From positions 1 through 62,628 of the forward strand of contig DAITAT010000003.1 in assembly GCA_036824145.1 (NCBI GenBank): a DNA stretch of 62,628 nucleotides. Reading direction: 5' to 3'. Below are positions 52,586 to 61,597 of the stretch, piece by piece. Source of the DNA: Candidatus Dormiibacterota bacterium. Lineage in GTDB: Bacteria; Chloroflexota; Dormibacteria; DASZGP01. Under the pieces are notes generated by a model. It made no database searches. It was not told the origin of the DNA and worked only from the letters and a program-made list of their open reading frames with translations. Position 1 is the first letter of the stretch; the number at the start of each line of letters is the position of its first letter. The position numbers and the translations under genes are program-made.

Positions 52586-55474
52586 ATGACTGACGCCCAG
52601 GCCCGCGGCGCCTTCACCCCCGTCGACAGCAAGGTCAGCTTCCCCGAGATGGAGAAGCGCGTACGCTCGTTCTGGGAGGAGGCCGATATCTTCCGCAGGT
52701 CGGTCGAGGAGCGCCCCGCGGACAACACCTGGGTCTTCTATGAGGGCCCGCCAACCGCCAACGGTCTGCCCCACATGGGCCATGTCATCCAGCGCACCCT
52801 CAAGGACCTCTTCCCCCGGTTCCACACCATGCGTGGCGCCCGAGTCGTCCGCAAGGCAGGCTGGGACACCCACGGGCTGCCGGTTGAGATCGAGGTCGAG
52901 AAGGAGCTCGGCCTGACCGGCAAGAAGCAGGTCGACGAGTACGGCATCGACGCCTTCAACAAGAAGTGCAGGGAGTCGGTCTTCCGATACATCGACATCT
53001 GGACCGAGTTCACGCACAAGCTCGGCCTCTGGCTGGACCTCGACCACCCCTACGTCACTTATGAGAGCTCCTACACCGAGTCGGTCTGGGCCATCCTCAA
53101 GAGGGTCTGGGACCGCGGCCTGCTCTACAAGGGATACCGCGTGGTGCCGTACTGCCCGCGCTGCGCCACCCCGCTCTCCAGCCATGAGCTCTCGCTGGGG
53201 TACCAGGACGACATAAAGGACCCCAGCGTCTATCCGCTCTTCGAGCTCACCGACGAGCCCGGCACATATTTCCTCGCCTGGACCACCACGCCGTGGACGC
53301 TGCCCGGGAACGTGGCGCTGGCGGTCGGCCCCAAGATCCAGTACGTCAAGGTCGAGAACGGCGATCGCAAGCTGATCCTCGCCGAGGACCGCCTCGAAGT
53401 CCTGGATGGCGAGTACGAGGTGCTGGAGAAGCTGCGCAGCTCCGACCTGGTGGGCAAGACCTACCGGTCGCTTTACGACTACATGGTTCCCGAGGAGCCC
53501 GCCTTCTTCGTGGTCGAGGCCGACTTCGTCTCCGTTGACGACGGCACCGGCATCGTCCACACCGCCGCCGCCTACGGCGAGGACGATCTCAAGCTGGCCC
53601 AGGACAAGGGCATCCCCATCCGCCACGTCGTCGACCTGAGCGGCCGTTTCTACCCCGAGGTCGAGAAGTTCGCAGGCCAGTTCGTCAAAGACGCCGACGT
53701 CCCCATCATGGTCGACCTTTCGGAGCGGGGCCTGCTCTACAAGAAAGGCACCATCCGGCACACGTACCCGTTCTGCTGGCGCTGCGGGACGCCGCTCCTC
53801 TACTACGCGATGGACTCCTGGTTCATCCGCATGTCGGAGCTGCGCGAGGAGATGCTCGCCATCAACCGCGCCACCAACTGGTACCCCCGTCACATCCGGG
53901 ACGGGCGGATGGGCAACTGGCTGGAGTCGCTCCAGGACTGGTCCCTGTCCCGGCTGCGCTACTGGGGCACCCCGCTGCCGATCTGGGAATGCGAGAGCTG
54001 CGAGGAGCGCCGCTGCGTGGGATCTGTCGCCGAGCTCGGCCTCAGCCTCGACGACGACCTCCACCGGCCGTTCATCGACGCGGTCAAGCTCCCTTGCGGC
54101 AAGTGCGGCGCCACCATGCACCGGGTGCCCGACCTGATTGATGTTTGGTTTGATTCCGGCGCCATGCCCTTCGCCCAGTACCACCACCCCTTCGAGAACG
54201 AGGAGCTCTTCAAGCACCAGTACCCGGCCGATTTCATCTGCGAAGGCATCGACCAGACCCGCGGCTGGTTCTACTCACTGATGGCCATCGGCGAGCTGAT
54301 GAGCGGCCAGAATTCCTATCGCAACGTCGTCGTAAATGGTGTCGTCCTCGACAAGGACGGCAAGAAGATGTCGAAGTCCGTCGGCAACGTCGTCGATCCG
54401 ATCCCGGTGATCGAGCGATTTGGTGCCGACGCGGTGCGCTGGTACTTCGTCACAGCCGCCGCCGTAGGCAACGACTACCGCTTTGGCGAGGAGCTGATCC
54501 AGGAAGTCCTCTCCGGCTTCATCCGGATGCTCTGGAACTGCTACTCGTTTTTCGTCACCTACGCCAACCTCGATGGCTTCGAGCCGGCCGCGTCGCCGCT
54601 GCCGGTCAGAAATCGCGCTCTACTCGACCGCTGGTTACTGTCGCAGCTCAACCTCTGCGTTCGGCGCGTCACCGACGAGCTCGAGGAGTTCGACCCCCAT
54701 GGCTCGGCGCGCGCCATCGAAAGCTTTGTCGACGACCTCTCCAACTGGTACATCCGCCGCTCGCGGCGCCGCTTCTGGAAGTCGGAATCGGACACCGACA
54801 AGGTCAGCGCCTACCAGACCCTGCACGAGGCGCTGGTGGTCACATCGCAGATGCTTGCGCCCTTCGCGCCGTTCCTTGCCGACGAGGTCTATCGCAACCT
54901 CGCCGGCCCGGCGGCGGCGGACTCGGTCCACCTGTCGGACTGGCCGGCGGTTGACGCCGCCGCCATCGACGAGCAGCTCTCGGCCGACATGGATCGGGCG
55001 CGGCGGATGGTAGAGATGGGGCACAAGGAGCGCGACCGGGCCAACCTCAAGGTGCGGCAGCCCCTGGCGGGAGCCACCGTCCCGGGCCCCGAGCTTGACC
55101 CGGAGCTGGAGACGATCGTCCTCGATGAGCTCAACCTCAAGGCGCTAACGTACGTCGACCCCGACTCGCGGGAGGTCGTGCTGGATACGCAGCTGACGCA
55201 GGAGCTGCGCCGCGAGGGGCTGGCCCGCGAGGTCGTGCGGCGGATCCAGGGCGCGCGCAAGGATGCTGGCTACAACATCGAGGACCGGATCGAGGTCCGC
55301 TACCGGGCCGCCGGTGAGCTGGCCGAGGCCATCGCCGACTGGAGTGAGCACATCAGCCAGGAGACGCTGGCGGTGTCGCTGCAGCCGCTGGCGGGGACGG
55401 CCAAGGACGGCGAGCACACCACGGAGCTCAAGGTCGAGGGCGAAGAGCTCGCGCTCGCGCTCAACAAGGTCTGA
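52586..55474 (+). CDS. ileS: Isoleucine--tRNA ligase, type 2
   Basis: EGPPTANGLPHMGH, GWDTHGLP, WTTTPWTL, EGIDQTRGWFY, KMSKS; type-2 C-terminus REGLARE..RK without Zn domain. Confidence 0.97.
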   Translation: MTDAQARGAFTPVDSKVSFPEMEKRVRSFWEEADIFRRSVEERPADNTWVFYEGPPTANGLPHMGHVIQRTLKDLFPRFHTMRGARVVRKAGWDTHGLPVEIEVEKELGLTGKKQVDEYGIDAFNKKCRESVFRYIDIWTEFTHKLGLWLDLDHPYVTYESSYTESVWAILKRVWDRGLLYKGYRVVPYCPRCATPLSSHELSLGYQDDIKDPSVYPLFELTDEPGTYFLAWTTTPWTLPGNVALAVGPKIQYVKVENGDRKLILAEDRLEVLDGEYEVLEKLRSSDLVGKTYRSLYDYMVPEEPAFFVVEADFVSVDDGTGIVHTAAAYGEDDLKLAQDKGIPIRHVVDLSGRFYPEVEKFAGQFVKDADVPIMVDLSERGLLYKKGTIRHTYPFCWRCGTPLLYYAMDSWFIRMSELREEMLAINRATNWYPRHIRDGRMGNWLESLQDWSLSRLRYWGTPLPIWECESCEERRCVGSVAELGLSLDDDLHRPFIDAVKLPCGKCGATMHRVPDLIDVWFDSGAMPFAQYHHPFENEELFKHQYPADFICEGIDQTRGWFYSLMAIGELMSGQNSYRNVVVNGVVLDKDGKKMSKSVGNVVDPIPVIERFGADAVRWYFVTAAAVGNDYRFGEELIQEVLSGFIRMLWNCYSFFVTYANLDGFEPAASPLPVRNRALLDRWLLSQLNLCVRRVTDELEEFDPHGSARAIESFVDDLSNWYIRRSRRRFWKSESDTDKVSAYQTLHEALVVTSQMLAPFAPFLADEVYRNLAGPAAADSVHLSDWPAVDAAAIDEQLSADMDRARRMVEMGHKERDRANLKVRQPLAGATVPGPELDPELETIVLDELNLKALTYVDPDSREVVLDTQLTQELRREGLAREVVRRIQGARKDAGYNIEDRIEVRYRAAGELAEAIADWSEHISQETLAVSLQPLAGTAKDGEHTTELKVEGEELALALNKV

Positions 55475-55583
55475 TGACCGACGCCGACCTGCATCGACGC
55501 CCGGATAGCCTCAAAAAAGCCCGGTGTTATACTCGGCGCCTATCTCGAACTTGGGTGCTGCGCACCCACAGAGAGGTTCTTTG

Positions 55584-55955
55584 GTGACTGACGCGACGGT
55601 GGATTTGGCGAGTGTGCGCAGGGAACTGCAGGCTCAGTTGGCGCGCCTGGACGGCGAGCGGGCGGAGCTTGAGAAAGCCCGTGAGAACGCCCGCAATGGC
55701 AAGGACGAAACCGCCGGCTACGGCAACGGCGTAGGCGAAGCAGCCACCGAGACGTTCGAGGCCGAACGGGACCTCGCCCTGATCGACAACCTGGAACAGA
55801 TGCGCGGGCACGTGATCGAGGCGCTCGCGCGGCTCGATGACGGCAGCTACGGCAGCTGCGTCACGTGCGGCGAGCCGATTCCGCGCGAGCGGCTCGAGGC
55901 CCTGCCACATGCCAGCCAGTGCGTCGCCTGCAAATCCAAGGAGCAGCACCACTGA
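55584..55955 (+). CDS. DksA/TraR-family C4 zinc-finger protein
   Basis: Coiled coil, EAATET tip, GSYGSCVTCGEPI..RLEALP..CVAC; TATACT promoter at 55528. Confidence 0.88.
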   Translation: MTDATVDLASVRRELQAQLARLDGERAELEKARENARNGKDETAGYGNGVGEAATETFEAERDLALIDNLEQMRGHVIEALARLDDGSYGSCVTCGEPIPRERLEALPHASQCVACKSKEQHH

Positions 55956-56007
55956 TGACCGGGCCCCAAAAGGGATCGATGGCGGGGCCGACAGCGGGGC
56001 CGAGAGC

Positions 56008-56487
56008 ATAGCCTCTCCGGCGCTTTCCCGCCAGACGCTCCTCTACCTCGTGGCGCTGGTGGCCTTTCTCCTCGACCGCGTCACCAAGTCGCTGGTCCAG
56101 CACAACTTGGTGCTGAACACGCCGGACCGTCTCCTGGGCGGGGTGGTCTACCTCACCCGCACGCAAAACACCGGCGCAGCCTTCAGCGTCGGCGTGACCT
56201 ACGGGACTTTCTTCCTGCTGTTGGCGGCGGTGGCGAGCGCCAGCATCATCTTCTACAACCGCCGGATACCGACTCGTGAGACCTGGCTCCGCGTCGGGCT
56301 GGGGATGATCCTCGGCGGCGCCATTGGCAATGCCCTCGACCGCGCCGTTGCCGGCTCGGTGACCGACTTCATCGACCTGCGCTGGTGGCCGGTCTTCAAC
56401 CTCGCCGATTCGTTCATCGTCGTGGGGGCTGTGGTCTCCGCCGTCCGCCTCAGCGGGCGGGACCATCAGTCCCGCATCAGGCCGTGA
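56008..56487 (+). CDS. lspA: Lipoprotein signal peptidase; start unresolved
   Basis: LDRVTK, QNTGAAFS, GAIGNALDR, VTDFID, VFNLADSFI. Confidence 0.92.
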   Translation: MASPALSRQTLLYLVALVAFLLDRVTKSLVQHNLVLNTPDRLLGGVVYLTRTQNTGAAFSVGVTYGTFFLLLAAVASASIIFYNRRIPTRETWLRVGLGMILGGAIGNALDRAVAGSVTDFIDLRWWPVFNLADSFIVVGAVVSAVRLSGRDHQSRIRP

Positions 56488-57389
56488 CTGTCGAGACCGC
56501 TCTGGTGGTCCAGGCGCCGGTCGATCGGCTTGACGTTTTCCTGACCGCTGCGGGCGTGGTGCCGTCGCGGGCGGTGGCGACCAGGTTGGTGCGGGAGGGC
56601 TCGGTGCTGGTCAACGGCAGGCGCGCGCGGCCCAGCCGAGCGGTGGCCGCCGGCGACAGAGTCAGCATCTCCATCCCCGACTCCACCCCGGCGGCGCCCC
56701 AGGCCGAGGACATCCCCCTGCGCGTGGTCTTCGAAGACGATGACCTGATGGTCATCGACAAGCCAGCGGGGATGGTGGTCCACCCCGGCGCCGGGCAGGC
56801 CACGGGGACCATGGTCAACGCACTGCTGGCGATCCATTCCGACTGGCCCACCGCCGGCGGCCCGCACCGCCCCGGCATCGTGCACCGGCTGGACAAGGGC
56901 ACCAGCGGCCTGATCCTGGTGGCCCGGCACGACATCGCTCACCGCCGGCTCAGCGCCGACCTCGCCGAGCGCAAGGTCAGCCGCGTCTACCTTGCCATCG
57001 CCCGTGGCAAGCTGACCGGGGATGGCGTCGTCGACGGGGCCATCGGCCGCGACCCGCGGGACCGCAAGCGGATGGCGGTGGTCGATGGTGGGCGCGCCGC
57101 GCTGACGCGGTTCACCGTCCTCGAGCCCCTCGAGGCCGCGACGTATCTCGAGGTCAGGCTGGGCACCGGGCGCACCCACCAGATCCGCGTCCACCTCGCC
57201 GCCATCGGCCACCCGCTGGTCGGCGACGCCACCTACGGTCGCGGTGGGGGACCAAAGCTGATCGACCGGCCCGCGCTCCACGCCCATCGCCTCGGATTCC
57301 GTCATCCCGTGACTGGCGATGCGCTGGAGTTCGAGACCGCACCTCCACCCGACTTCCAGAAGGCGCTGCGCCTGCTGAGGCTGCCCTGA
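56484..57389 (+). CDS. rluD: RluA/RluD-family pseudouridine synthase
   Basis: S4-like N-terminus, DKPAGMVVHP, GIVHRLDKGTSG, GRTHQIRVH, ALHA. Confidence 0.94.
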   Translation: MTVETALVVQAPVDRLDVFLTAAGVVPSRAVATRLVREGSVLVNGRRARPSRAVAAGDRVSISIPDSTPAAPQAEDIPLRVVFEDDDLMVIDKPAGMVVHPGAGQATGTMVNALLAIHSDWPTAGGPHRPGIVHRLDKGTSGLILVARHDIAHRRLSADLAERKVSRVYLAIARGKLTGDGVVDGAIGRDPRDRKRMAVVDGGRAALTRFTVLEPLEAATYLEVRLGTGRTHQIRVHLAAIGHPLVGDATYGRGGGPKLIDRPALHAHRLGFRHPVTGDALEFETAPPPDFQKALRLLRLP

Positions 57390-57961
57390 CGCGCCGGGGG
57401 CTGCTGGTGGTTGTCTCCGGTCCCAGCGGGGTGGGCAAGGACAGCGTCCTCGAAGGCGTCTTCCAGCTCGACCCCTCGCTCTCCTACAGCGTCTCCTACA
57501 CCACCCGGAAGACCCGTGCCGGGGAGGTAGACGGAGTCGACTACAGCTTTGTCAGCGATGAGGAATTCGATCGCCTGGTTGCCGAGGGCGAGTTGCTGGA
57601 GTGGGCCAACGTACACGGCCATCGCTCGGGTACGGGGCGGCGACGGATCGAGGAGGTGCTGGAGGCGGGTCGAGACATCGTCCTCAACCTCGACGTGCAG
57701 GGCGGCATGTCGGTCCGCAAGCTGGTGCCCGACGCGCTCCTCATCTTCCTGGCCCCGCCGAGCATCGAGGAACTCAGACGCCGCCTGGCGGCGAGGGCCA
57801 CCGAGGACCCCGAGGAGATCGCGCGGCGCCAGGCCGATGCTGAGGTAGAGATGGGATACTCTGACCAGTACGACGCGGTGGTGGTGAACGACGACCTCGA
57901 CCGCGCCGCCCGTGAGGTGTTGGACCTGATCCAGGAACGTCGCCGGAGGGACTCCGCTTGA
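57386..57961 (+). CDS. gmk: Guanylate kinase; CTG start inferred
   Basis: RGLLVVVSGPSGVGK, TTRKTRAGEVDGVDY, DVQG, LAPPS, VVNDDL. Confidence 0.95.
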   Translation: MTRRGLLVVVSGPSGVGKDSVLEGVFQLDPSLSYSVSYTTRKTRAGEVDGVDYSFVSDEEFDRLVAEGELLEWANVHGHRSGTGRRRIEEVLEAGRDIVLNLDVQGGMSVRKLVPDALLIFLAPPSIEELRRRLAARATEDPEEIARRQADAEVEMGYSDQYDAVVVNDDLDRAAREVLDLIQERRRRDSA

Positions 57962-59217
57962 ACCCCTATCTGGCCCGACGCGCATTTGCCGGCCGCCGCC
58001 TTCTGGTCGGCGTCTGCGGCGGCGTGGCGGCTTACAAGTGCGCCGAGACGGTGAGCCTGCTGGTCCAGGCGGGCGCCGTGGTGCGCGTGGCGATGACGCC
58101 CGAGGCCACCCGGTTTGTCTCGCCGCTGACTTTCGAAGCTCTGTCCGGCCAGCCTGTTGCCAGCGACCTCTTCGGCACCCAGACCAGCCCCGGCCGCGAG
58201 GGCGGCGAGGTCCACATCGCGCTCTCCGACTGGCCCGAGGCCTTCCTGGTGATGCCCGCCACCGCCAATTTCATCGCCAAGCTGGCGCACGGCCTGGCCG
58301 ACGAGGTGGTCAGCACCACGGTGCTGGCGACGACGGCCCCGCTGGTGCTGGCGCCGGCCATGCACAACCGCATGTGGGAACAGCCGGCCACGATGGAGAA
58401 CGTCGAGGCCTTGCGGCGGCGCGGCGTCGTCCTGGCCGGCCCGGTGGAGGGTCACCTGGCCAGCGGCGACATCGGCATGGGTCGCCTTGCCGACCAGGAC
58501 GAGATCCTGCGCGCGCTCCGGGACGCCCTGCCTGGCGAGCGGGACATGGCCGACCTGCACATCGTCGTCACCTCCGGGGGCACCCGCGAGCCGCTGGACC
58601 CGGTGCGCTACATCGGCAATCGCTCGAGCGGGATGATGGGCCATTCGATCGCCGCCGCCGCGGAGGCGCGGGGGGCCCGTGTGACCCTGGTCACGGCTTC
58701 GGCGATGACCGTGCCGGCGGGGGTGGAGGCGTCGCGCGTCGACACCGCGGCGGCCATGAGCGACGCAGTCAAGACCGCGGTCGAGACCGCCGACATGCTG
58801 GTGATGGCGGCCGCGGTGGCGGACTTCCGCCCCCGCCAGGTGGCGCCGCAGAAGCTCCGCAAAGCCGACATCACCACGGACCTCGCCCTGGAGCGCACCG
58901 AGGACATCCTGGCTTCGCTGGCGGCGCTGGGCGTGGGTCGCCGACTGGTCCGGGTCGGGTTCGCGGCCGAGACCCATGAGGTGCTGGCCAACGCCCAGGA
59001 GAAGCTGGTCGCCAAGGGGCTGGACCTGGTCGTCGCCAATGATGTCTCCGATCCCAACATCGGCATCGGCGCGACCGACAACGAAGTCACCATCATCAGC
59101 CGCGACGGCAGTCGTCGGGAGGTCAGCCGAGCCCCCAAGGAGGAGGTCGCCGACGAGATCCTGAGCGCAGCGCTGGAGGCTCTGCGAGCCAAGGGGCGGA
59201 GCGAGAAAGTCTCCTGA
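57958..59217 (+). CDS. coaBC: Bifunctional phosphopantothenoylcysteine decarboxylase/ligase
   Basis: GGVAAYK, MPATAN, PAMHNRMW, GGTREPLDPVRYIGNRSSG, AAAVADF, GFAAET, VANDV. Confidence 0.96.
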   Translation: MNPYLARRAFAGRRLLVGVCGGVAAYKCAETVSLLVQAGAVVRVAMTPEATRFVSPLTFEALSGQPVASDLFGTQTSPGREGGEVHIALSDWPEAFLVMPATANFIAKLAHGLADEVVSTTVLATTAPLVLAPAMHNRMWEQPATMENVEALRRRGVVLAGPVEGHLASGDIGMGRLADQDEILRALRDALPGERDMADLHIVVTSGGTREPLDPVRYIGNRSSGMMGHSIAAAAEARGARVTLVTASAMTVPAGVEASRVDTAAAMSDAVKTAVETADMLVMAAAVADFRPRQVAPQKLRKADITTDLALERTEDILASLAALGVGRRLVRVGFAAETHEVLANAQEKLVAKGLDLVVANDVSDPNIGIGATDNEVTIISRDGSRREVSRAPKEEVADEILSAALEALRAKGRSEKVS

Positions 59218-59381
59218 TGTCGCCTGCCGGCGGCGCCGAGCCGAGCGACCCGGAGCCTGACGACGACCTGCCCCCGCGGCGCCCCGGGGAGTCCATCACC
59301 GACTACCGCGCGGTCGCCTTTCTCATGGTCCTGTTCCTGCTGGCGCTGGGCCTGATGTACCTGATCGGGCGCGGCCGCTGA
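59217..59381 (+). CDS. 54-aa single-TM protein absent from the ORF track
   Basis: TGATG overlap with coaBC, CTGA overlap with priA; MSPAGGAEPSDPEPDDDLPPRRPGESITDYRAVAFLMVLFLLALGLMYLIGRGR. Confidence 0.75.
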   Translation: MSPAGGAEPSDPEPDDDLPPRRPGESITDYRAVAFLMVLFLLALGLMYLIGRGR

Positions 59382-61384
59382 GCCTCTACGCCCAGGTCGT
59401 AGTCGACCGTCGAACCGGGCCGTCGCTGGAGTCCTTCACGTACGAGGTCCCAGACGAGCTTGCCGGGGCCATCGCCGAGGGCGCCCGCGTGGTGGTGCCG
59501 TTTGGCAAGCGCACCGTGACCGGGTACGTGCTGGGCCTGAGCCCCAGGTCTGACTACCCATCACCGCGCCCGATCGAGTCGCTGGCGGACGAGCCGCCGC
59601 CACTCCAGCCCCATCAGGTCGAGCTGGCGCGCTGGATCGCGGCACACTACGCGGCGCCGTTGGCTGAGACGGTGCGAGCCATGATCCCGCCCGGGATCCG
59701 GTCCCTCAAGTCGGGTAGCAAGCGCAGGCGCGGCCCCCAGGTTGAGAGCCGTGACCGCACCCTGGCGGGGGCCGAGCAGGACGTCGCCAGCGCAAAGCTG
59801 ACCCCCGAGCAGGCCACGGCGGTCGCCGCCGTCGAGGATGCGCTCCAGCGCCGCCGTGGGCGTCTCCTCCTGCACGGCGTCACCGGCAGCGGCAAGACCG
59901 AGGTCTACCTCGAAGCGATCGGCAAATGCCTGGAGCTGGGCCGCGGCGTGATCGTGCTGGTCCCCGAGGTGTCGCTGACGCCCCAGGTGACGGGGCGGTT
60001 CGCGGAGCGCTTCGCCGGCCAGATCGCCGTCCTCCACAGCCGCCTCACCCCCAGCGAGAAGGCGCTGGAGTGGAACCGCCTGCGTCGTGGCGAGGCGTTG
60101 GTTGCGATCGGGCCGCGGGCCGCTATCTTCGCCCCCATCCCCGACCTCGGCCTGGTTATCGTCGACGAGGAGCACTCGATCACCTATAAGCAGCTCCGGG
60201 TGCCGCGATACCACGCCGTCGACGTGGCTCACCGGCTGGGCGACCTGGCGGGGGCGGTGGTGCTGTTGGGCAGCGCCACCCCGAGCGTGGTCAGCTACGA
60301 GGCCCACGGCCGCGCCGCCGGCGAGTTCGACGGCGCTCGCATCCTCGAACTCCCTCACCGCTACGGAGGCGAGCCGCTGCCCAGCATGGAGATCATCGAC
60401 ATGCGCCGCGACGACGGCAGGAGCTTCAACCGACCGCTGGGGGCGAGGATGGTCGAGCTCTGCCGCGAGGAGCTGGCGGCGGGCGGCCAGGTCATCCTCT
60501 ACCTCAACCGGAGGGGGCTGGCGTGGTACGCGCGCTGTCGCAAATGCGGCGAGGCGGTCGGCTGCCCCAACTGCAGCGTCTCGCTGGTCTACCACGGCGT
60601 CACCAGGAGCCTGGCCTGCCACTACTGCGGCCACAGCCAGGCGCTGCCCCAGCAGTGCCCCAGCTGCGATGCCCGCGACCTGCGCACTGTCGGCTTCGGC
60701 ACCGAACGGATCCAGGCCGAGGCCGAACGCCTATTCCCGGAAGCGCGGACGTTGCGCCTGGATCGCGACACCGCGCGCACCCGCGACTCCTACTACGGCA
60801 TCTGGGAGGACTTCTCGCGCGGCAGCGCCGACATCCTCGTGGGCACCTCGCTGGTGGCCAAGGGCTGGGACCTGCCCCGCGTCGGCCTGGTTGGCGTTAT
60901 CGATGCCGACCAGGCCCTCCAATACCCCGACTTCAGAGCGGCCGAGGATACTTTCGCGTCGCTGGTGCAGGTCGGTGGACGGGCCCGCCGAAGCGGCTCG
61001 CGGGTGGCGGTGCAGACGATGAATCCTCACCACTACGCTGTCCGCCTGGCGCTGGGGCACGACTACCACGGGTTCTTCGCCGAGGAGTTGGCGGTTCGCG
61101 AGGCCCTTAATTTTCCACCCTTCTGCCGGCTCGTCGACGTGACGGCGTCGGGCGCCGACGACGATAAGGCTCGCACGGCGGCGACCGCCTACGCCGAGGC
61201 ATTGCGGCGCACACTGGCCGGTGGCAGTCCCGAGGTCGTGGTCATGGGGCCCAGCCCGGCCTTCATCCATCGAGTTCGGGGCGAATACCGGTGGTCGATC
61301 ACGATCAAGGCCGGCGACCTCGACCCGGTCATGCCCCTGCTGCCCGACGGTCGCGGCTTCAGTGTCGACGTCGACCCCCTCTAA
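59378..61384 (+). CDS. priA: Primosomal protein N'; CTG start inferred
   Basis: YAQVVV..FTYEVP..RVVVPFG N-domain, GVTGSGKT, DEEH, four CxxC motifs, GFGTER, QVGGRARR. Confidence 0.95.
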   Translation: MSLYAQVVVDRRTGPSLESFTYEVPDELAGAIAEGARVVVPFGKRTVTGYVLGLSPRSDYPSPRPIESLADEPPPLQPHQVELARWIAAHYAAPLAETVRAMIPPGIRSLKSGSKRRRGPQVESRDRTLAGAEQDVASAKLTPEQATAVAAVEDALQRRRGRLLLHGVTGSGKTEVYLEAIGKCLELGRGVIVLVPEVSLTPQVTGRFAERFAGQIAVLHSRLTPSEKALEWNRLRRGEALVAIGPRAAIFAPIPDLGLVIVDEEHSITYKQLRVPRYHAVDVAHRLGDLAGAVVLLGSATPSVVSYEAHGRAAGEFDGARILELPHRYGGEPLPSMEIIDMRRDDGRSFNRPLGARMVELCREELAAGGQVILYLNRRGLAWYARCRKCGEAVGCPNCSVSLVYHGVTRSLACHYCGHSQALPQQCPSCDARDLRTVGFGTERIQAEAERLFPEARTLRLDRDTARTRDSYYGIWEDFSRGSADILVGTSLVAKGWDLPRVGLVGVIDADQALQYPDFRAAEDTFASLVQVGGRARRSGSRVAVQTMNPHHYAVRLALGHDYHGFFAEELAVREALNFPPFCRLVDVTASGADDDKARTAATAYAEALRRTLAGGSPEVVVMGPSPAFIHRVRGEYRWSITIKAGDLDPVMPLLPDGRGFSVDVDPL

Positions 61385-61467
61385 CGCGCATCGCTCAAGT
61401 CACCCCAACCCGCCCGGCGGCCGCGAGGTGCCAATCGGCCCAGCAGAGTCACAAAGCCCGCCCCAAC

Positions 61468-61496
61468 TTGACCTCGGGCCAGGTGTTGGTTAGGGT
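61468..61496 (+). promoter_or_regulatory. Sigma70-type promoter of CHAP hydrolase gene
   Basis: TTGACC-17 bp-TAGGGT. Confidence 0.75.
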
Positions 61497-61502
61497 GTGC
61501 CA

Positions 61503-61592
61503 AGTATCAAAGCGCCCCGCTGGGCCTCTACCTCAGCACCCGGAGCCGGGAACTCACGGGATGGGCGCCCGACCTTAACTTCATTGGAGGAG
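61503..61592 (+). ncRNA. Candidate structured 5' leader (three-way junction)
   Basis: P1 61512-17/61563-68, P2 61519-24/61532-37, P3 61539-45/61553-60, then GGAGGAG. Confidence 0.35.
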
Positions 61593-61597
61593 TAATC

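Noticed and set aside
2586-61452. GTCACA hexamers upstream of several genes (about 2586, 5492, 18889, 61448) as MtrA/WalR sites
   Set aside because: Each is a single copy without the 11-bp-phased partner repeat
61503-61592. Canonical c-di-AMP or purine riboswitch
   Set aside because: TCTACC and CGAC resemble purine-switch words, but junction lengths do not fit; the conserved CAGCTAAC..GTAGG block of c-di-AMP switches is missing. Kept only as an unknown candidate
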